This document shows, piece by piece, positions 59,072 to 64,000 of a stretch of 64,000 nt of DNA. Under the pieces are notes generated by a model. It did not search any database and had not been told where the DNA came from. It was given only the letters and a program-made list of their open reading frames with translations. The DNA is from Halarcobacter sp. (GTDB lineage: Bacteria > Campylobacterota > Campylobacteria > Campylobacterales > Arcobacteraceae): the NCBI GenBank assembly GCA_963676565.1, contig OY781089.1:2432001-2496000 (forward strand), written 5' to 3'. Numbering within the stretch: position 1 is the first letter of the stretch; the number at the start of each line of letters is the position of its first letter. A program made the position numbers and the translations under genes.

Positions 59072-60959
59072 ATTAAAAATGAGGGACATATCTCTTTTTA
59101 GTCTTTTAGCAATTGTTATAGGAATTACTTTAAGTAGTATCATTTTATATGTTTCCTTAAATAAGATTAAATCATTAAACAATCAATTAAAAGTATTTAC
59201 AAATACAAAAAATAGTTTTTTAGAGTTAAAACTAAATACTGAAGAAATTTTAACTACTAAAGATTTAGATGCAACTATCAAAAAATGGAATAGTTCAATT
59301 ACTAAATTTGAAAACGACTTTAAACACCTTGAAAGTGAACAAAAACAAAGCTTAGAAAACCCATGGTATATTAGTAAAAAAGAGATAGTTGATATAAATA
59401 AAATATTAAATAATAAACTTTTAATTCCTCAAAACCTAGATGAAAAATCTATATTATTTATACAAGGACAGATGTTTACCCTTGAAGATAAAAGTGAAAT
59501 TTATTTTGTAATAAGCTCACTAATTAAAAAATTAGAGTTTTTGTTTCAATATGAAAGAATTATTTTTGACGAGCTAGAACAAATTGATGGAAACTTTAAT
59601 AGCTATATTGAAAAACAAATAGATATTACAACATATTATTCAATTTTCTTTATTCTTTTAATTACACTTGCTACTATTTTTGTTATTGTTATTATGGATA
59701 GAAAAGTTGTAAAAATTGAATCTCAATTATTATCTGTACAAAAAAATCTAAGGGCAAGTTTAGTTGATTTAAAAGATTCAAGAGTGTTGTTGCAAAACAT
59801 AATTGATTCCACTCCTGCTGCAATATTTTGGAAAGACAAAAACAACAGGTATTTAGGTGTAAATAAATTGTTTTTGGAAAATGTAAATATAAAAGAATAT
59901 TCAGAGATTATTGGAAAAACAGATTTTGAGATGCCTTGGTCTAAAACTGAAGCTTCAAAATTCACTAAAGATGACAATGAGATTATGAATACAAAAACAC
60001 CTAAGATAAATATTGAAGAGACTTTAACAAACTATAAAGGTGAATTAATAAAATTACTAACATCAAAGGTTCCTTTACAAAATGCCAATGGTGAGATTAT
60101 AGGTATACTTGGAATATATATTGATATAACAGAAAAAGAGAAGATAACTGAAGAATTATTTAAAAAAGATAAACTTTTAGCTCAAAGTTCAAAGATGGCT
60201 GCAATGGGAGAGATGCTTGAAAATATTGCACATCAATGGAGACAACCACTATCTTGTATACTAACAAGTGCTACAGGAATGAAACTAAAAAATGAATTTG
60301 ATCATTTAGACAAAGAGTTTTTAATCGAATCACTAGATGGAATTGAAAATTCAGTAAAACATTTAAATAGAACCATAGATGATTTCAGAAACTTTTACAA
60401 AGAAGATAAACAGAAGAAACTTTTTAGTACAAATGAAGTTTTTGAAAAAGCAATATCTTTAATAGAAGCAAAATTAAAAAATAAATCAATTGATATTATT
60501 ATTAATAGTTTTGATTCAAAAATATATGGCTTTGAAAATGAGTTCATACAGGTTTTAATGAATATATTAAATAACTCAATAGATGAATTTATTAAGATTA
60601 CACAAGAAAAAAAACTAATTTTTATAAATGTTAACAATGAAGAAACCTGTGAAAATAAAGTTTCAGAAAATATAGTTAATCAACCTTGTACAAAAATAGA
60701 AATTTATGATAATGCAGGTGGCATACCTGAAAATATTTTAGAAAAAGTTTTTGATGCATATTTTACAACTAAAGAAAATGAACAAGGTACAGGTATTGGA
60801 CTTTATATGTCAAAGCAAATAATTGAAAAAAATATGCAAGGTTCAATATCAATTCAAAATAAAGTTTTTGAATATGAATCAAAACAGTACACAGGTGCAG
60901 AATTTACTATACTTTTACCTTCAAATGAGTGCTTAATAAATGATATAAAAATTCATTAA
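59064..60959 (+). CDS. PAS-domain sensor histidine kinase
   Basis: 2 TM, FWKD...Y.G.N, GKTDFEMPW, IAHQWRQPL, DNAGG, GTGIGL; overlaps the binding-protein gene by 8 nt. Confidence 0.88.
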   Translation: MSELKMRDISLFSLLAIVIGITLSSIILYVSLNKIKSLNNQLKVFTNTKNSFLELKLNTEEILTTKDLDATIKKWNSSITKFENDFKHLESEQKQSLENPWYISKKEIVDINKILNNKLLIPQNLDEKSILFIQGQMFTLEDKSEIYFVISSLIKKLEFLFQYERIIFDELEQIDGNFNSYIEKQIDITTYYSIFFILLITLATIFVIVIMDRKVVKIESQLLSVQKNLRASLVDLKDSRVLLQNIIDSTPAAIFWKDKNNRYLGVNKLFLENVNIKEYSEIIGKTDFEMPWSKTEASKFTKDDNEIMNTKTPKINIEETLTNYKGELIKLLTSKVPLQNANGEIIGILGIYIDITEKEKITEELFKKDKLLAQSSKMAAMGEMLENIAHQWRQPLSCILTSATGMKLKNEFDHLDKEFLIESLDGIENSVKHLNRTIDDFRNFYKEDKQKKLFSTNEVFEKAISLIEAKLKNKSIDIIINSFDSKIYGFENEFIQVLMNILNNSIDEFIKITQEKKLIFINVNNEETCENKVSENIVNQPCTKIEIYDNAGGIPENILEKVFDAYFTTKENEQGTGIGLYMSKQIIEKNMQGSISIQNKVFEYESKQYTGAEFTILLPSNECLINDIKIH

Positions 60960-60985
60960 ATTTTTCTATTAAAAGTATCAAATAC

Positions 60986-61016
60986 ACACTTTTTACATAC
61001 TTTAGTGTTATATTAT
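60986..61016 (+). promoter_or_regulatory. 11-bp direct repeat plus -10 box upstream of aspA
   Basis: ACACTT-N5-ATACTT-N8-TATTAT. Confidence 0.55.
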
Positions 61017-61051
61017 TAAATAACAAATTTCTACAATAAGACTAAAGGGAA

Positions 61052-62476
61052 ATGATGAAAAAGTCAAAAGAGTTTGAAGAAAACTTTAGAATAGAAAAAG
61101 ATTTTTTAGGTGAAAAAGAGATAGAAAAAGATGCTTATTATGGTATCCAGACACTAAGAGCAAGTGAAAACTTTGATATAACTCATACTAGTTTATCTTT
61201 ATTTCCAACATTTATAAAATCTATCGCAAAAGTAAAAAAAGCTTGTGCCTTAACAAACTATGAGTTAGGTGATTTAACAATTCAACAAAAAGATGCAATT
61301 ATTCAAGCGTGTAATGAGATTATTGATGGGAAATATCATGATCAATTTATAGTTGATCCTATCCAAGGTGGAGCAGGAACTTCAACGAATATGAACGCAA
61401 ATGAAGTAATAGCAAATAGAGCCTTAGAAATTCTTGGTGAAAAAAGAAGTTCATATGAAATTATTCATCCAAATAATCATATAAACATGTCTCAATCTAC
61501 AAATGATGTTTATCCAACAGCGATTAAGATTACCTTACATGAATTAATATATAAATTAAAAGATTCACTTAGATATTTAAGAGATAGTTTTGATGAGAAA
61601 GCAATTGAGTTTAAAGATGTACTTAAAATGGGTAGAACACAACTTCAAGATGCAGTTCCTATGACCTTAGGTCAAGAGTTTAAAACATATGCAGTTATGG
61701 TAAATGAAGATATAAATAGATTAAAAGATTGTCAAACTTTACTAAAAGAGGTAAATCTTGGAGCAACTGCAATTGGAACAGGAATAAATACAAAAGCAAA
61801 ATACCAAAGAAGAGTTATAAGTAATCTAAGAGAGGTTACTGGAGTTGATTATATTAGTGCTGGTGACTTAATTGAAGCAACACAAGATACAGGTGTATTT
61901 GTTCATATTTCAGGTGTTTTAAAAAGAGTAGCAATCAAAATTTCTAAAGTTTGTAATGACTTAAGACTTTTAAGTTCTGGTCCAAGAGCAGGATTAAATG
62001 AGATTAATCTTCCTAAAATGCAACCAGGTAGTTCAATTATGCCAGGAAAAGTAAATCCTGTAATTCCAGAAGTTGTAAATCAAGTTGCCTTTGAGGTAAT
62101 TGGTGCAGATACAACTATTTCTATTGCTTGTGAAGGGGGACAATTACAATTAAATGTATTTGAACCATTAGTTGCATATAAATTATTTACTTCAATTAAT
62201 ATAATGAGAAGATCTTTTGATACACTTGCAGATAAATGTATTAAAGGGATAACTGCAAACGAAGATGTTTGTATGGAAAATATTTTAAATTCAGTTACAA
62301 TAGTAACTTGTTTAAATCCAATACTTGGATATGAGAAAAGTTCAGCATTAGCAAAAGAAGCACTAGCAACAAATAAAAGAATATATGATATTATTTTAGA
62401 ACAAGAACTATTTACAAAAGAAGAATTAGATAAACTTCTACATCCAAAAAATATGGTAACAAACTATCAAGGGTAA
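61052..62476 (+). CDS. aspA: Aspartate ammonia-lyase
   Basis: YYGIQTLRA.ENF, QGGAGTS.NMNANE, GSSIMPGKVNP, QLNVFEP. Confidence 0.95.
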   Translation: MMKKSKEFEENFRIEKDFLGEKEIEKDAYYGIQTLRASENFDITHTSLSLFPTFIKSIAKVKKACALTNYELGDLTIQQKDAIIQACNEIIDGKYHDQFIVDPIQGGAGTSTNMNANEVIANRALEILGEKRSSYEIIHPNNHINMSQSTNDVYPTAIKITLHELIYKLKDSLRYLRDSFDEKAIEFKDVLKMGRTQLQDAVPMTLGQEFKTYAVMVNEDINRLKDCQTLLKEVNLGATAIGTGINTKAKYQRRVISNLREVTGVDYISAGDLIEATQDTGVFVHISGVLKRVAIKISKVCNDLRLLSSGPRAGLNEINLPKMQPGSSIMPGKVNPVIPEVVNQVAFEVIGADTTISIACEGGQLQLNVFEPLVAYKLFTSINIMRRSFDTLADKCIKGITANEDVCMENILNSVTIVTCLNPILGYEKSSALAKEALATNKRIYDIILEQELFTKEELDKLLHPKNMVTNYQG

Positions 62477-62492
62477 AAATTTAAGGAATAAA

Positions 62493-62987
62493 ATGAATAT
62501 AACTATTATAAATACCGGCGGAACATTTAATAAAAGATATAACCCTATAAAAGGACAGCTTGAAGTACCAAGTGATAACATAGCATTAGACAAGATTACA
62601 CAATCTTGTCATAATGTAGATTTTGAAATCAAAAACGTTGTTTCAAAAGATAGTCTTGATATGACAGATATCGATAGACAAGCTATAACTGATGCTGTAG
62701 TAGAATCTAAGAACGAAAAAATTATAATAATTCATGGAACAGATACTGTTGATTTAACATCTGCATTTTTAAAAGAACAAGTGAAAAATAAGAAAATTGT
62801 TTTTACAGGAGCAATGGTTCCAATGAGCATAGATGAAGTTGAAGCAACAATGAACTTCTCAATGGCATTAGGTTTTTTAAATGCAGATATTAATGATGGA
62901 ATATACTTAGCTATGCATGGTGTTGTTGTTGATGCAAGTAAACTAAAAAAAGATAAATCTGTTGGTAAATTTTTAATTCAAGAATAA
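62493..62987 (+). CDS. Short single-domain L-asparaginase
   Basis: TGGTFNK.Y, KDS, HGTDT, TGAM.P; 164 aa with no C-terminal domain. Confidence 0.85.
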   Translation: MNITIINTGGTFNKRYNPIKGQLEVPSDNIALDKITQSCHNVDFEIKNVVSKDSLDMTDIDRQAITDAVVESKNEKIIIIHGTDTVDLTSAFLKEQVKNKKIVFTGAMVPMSIDEVEATMNFSMALGFLNADINDGIYLAMHGVVVDASKLKKDKSVGKFLIQE

Positions 62988-62989
62988 TA

Positions 62990-63091
62990 ATGGAAAATTT
63001 AGAGAATGAACTAATAAGTTTTGGTATAATTGCATTAGTAGTGTTACTTTTAGCATACTTAACAAAGAAAAAAGAAGATAGTTTCAAGTAA
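62990..63091 (+). CDS. Putative 33-aa single-TM small protein
   Basis: MENLENELISFGIIALVVLLLAYLTKKKEDSFK, starting 2 nt after the asparaginase stop. Confidence 0.5.
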   Translation: MENLENELISFGIIALVVLLLAYLTKKKEDSFK

Positions 63092-63160
63092 TATTTAATT
63101 TTTTACTTTTTTTAATTTTTTTCTTGTATAATCCCTTCAAAAAAGGCTTTAGGATGGGAT

Positions 63161-64000
63161 ATGTATAAATTTTACTTATACTTATTATTACTCTCTACGT
63201 ATGGTTTATCTCAAACAATAAACTATGAAGAAGTGGTCTTTCAAACCTTAGAAAACAATAATAAACTTAAGCTTCAAGAATTAAATATTGAAGCTTCAAA
63301 ATTAGATATACAAAAGGTTAATGGTTTATCCTATGGTAAACTTGAATTAAACCATGAAGTGATGAGAACAAATCATCCTGGATATGTTTTTAACTCAAAA
63401 TTATCATCAAGGGAAGCTTCTTTTAATGATTTTGGAGCTTTAGAGTTTACTGGTCCTTCAGCAATCAATGTTATACCAGATAATCTAAATAATCCAGAAT
63501 CAATAAACAATTTTACTACAAAAGTAACATATGATTTACCACTCTTTACAGGGTTTAAACTCTCAAATCAAGAAGAACTTTTAAAAATTAAAAACCAAGC
63601 TCAAATATTAAAACTGACACTTGATAAAAGAGCTTTAGAGTTTGAAGTTTTAAAAGCTTATAATGGTGCAGTTGTCGCGAAAGAGTTTATAGAAGCTACA
63701 AAACAAGCTAAAAATGCTGTTTCTCAATTTGCAAAATCAGCAAATGAATTTTATAAAGAAGGTTTAGTTACTAAAATTGATACTAAACAAGCAAAAGTTC
63801 AAGAATTAAAAGTTCAAAGCAAAGTTACCCAAGCCCAAAATAAATTTGATATTGCAATTGCATATTTAAGATTTTTAAGTTCCAATGAACAACTATCAAA
63901 TGTTAAATCCCTAAAACTTTTTAGATTAAATGATAAAAACCTAAAATCATTATACAAAGAGGCAATTGATAATAGAGTTGATTTAAAAATGCTTGATATT
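63161..64000 (+). CDS. TolC-family outer membrane protein (partial, runs off window)
   Basis: Manual translation MYKFYLYLLLLSTYGLSQTINYEE...YDLPLFTGF...Y.EGL..K.D; signal peptide; open to the window end. Confidence 0.8.
   Translation, partial: MYKFYLYLLLLSTYGLSQTINYEEVVFQTLENNNKLKLQELNIEASKLDIQKVNGLSYGKLELNHEVMRTNHPGYVFNSKLSSREASFNDFGALEFTGPSAINVIPDNLNNPESINNFTTKVTYDLPLFTGFKLSNQEELLKIKNQAQILKLTLDKRALEFEVLKAYNGAVVAKEFIEATKQAKNAVSQFAKSANEFYKEGLVTKIDTKQAKVQELKVQSKVTQAQNKFDIAIAYLRFLSSNEQLSNVKSLKLFRLNDKNLKSLYKEAIDNRVDLKMLDI

Noticed and set aside
20092..60250. Recurring DNA similarity encoding SK(L/M)A(A/R)MGEM...IAHQWRQPL
   Set aside because: Conserved H-box of paralogous histidine kinases, not a mobile repeat.
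473..60637. Many short ORFs antisense to, or nested in, long genes (e.g. 473..655, 5828..6148, 25432..25962, 33402..33719, 56553..56855)
   Set aside because: Shadow ORFs rich in F/S/L/I, opposite well-supported genes, with no recognisable motifs.

Overview
AT-rich chromosomal window, most likely from an Arcobacteraceae (Campylobacterota) genome. This is inferred from gene content and order (ppiD-ftsA-ftsZ, cbpA-hspR with HAIR boxes, fliW, many IAHQWRQPL histidine kinases), not from a search. Bases 1-19 kb hold core genes: sodB, cbpA-hspR, ftsA-ftsZ, recD2, flagellar fliW/fliK/flhB-like/fliP, and mreD-like/mrdA. Bases 19-26 kb hold PAS, Cache-like and hemerythrin histidine kinases plus a candidate ~90-nt sRNA with a C/U-rich loop. 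Bases 26-52.7 kb form a ~27-kb photo-oxidative/singlet-oxygen defence cluster. It encodes a furan-fatty-acid-type module, lipocalins, a renalase-like oxidoreductase, an ABC1/UbiB kinase that appears to start at ATA, TIGR03643, three photolyase/cryptochrome classes, hemH, SRPBCC, TIGR01777, a CrtI-superfamily oxidoreductase and DUF523-DUF1722. None of the usual regulators (RpoE/ChrR, B12-MerR LitR/CarH) is in the window. Instead a LytS/LytTR two-component pair sits inside the cluster, and six promoters of the cluster share a fixed-geometry motif (~TAAACTRACA-N7-YATACMAA, with the second box 18-19 bp before a -10 box). This is the best candidate for an undescribed system. Bases 54-63 kb carry an Asn/Asp-utilisation region (AGCS symporter, OmpR-type TCS, aspA, short asparaginase) whose two promoters share an 11-bp direct repeat. 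No rRNA, tRNA, CRISPR array or mobile element was seen.
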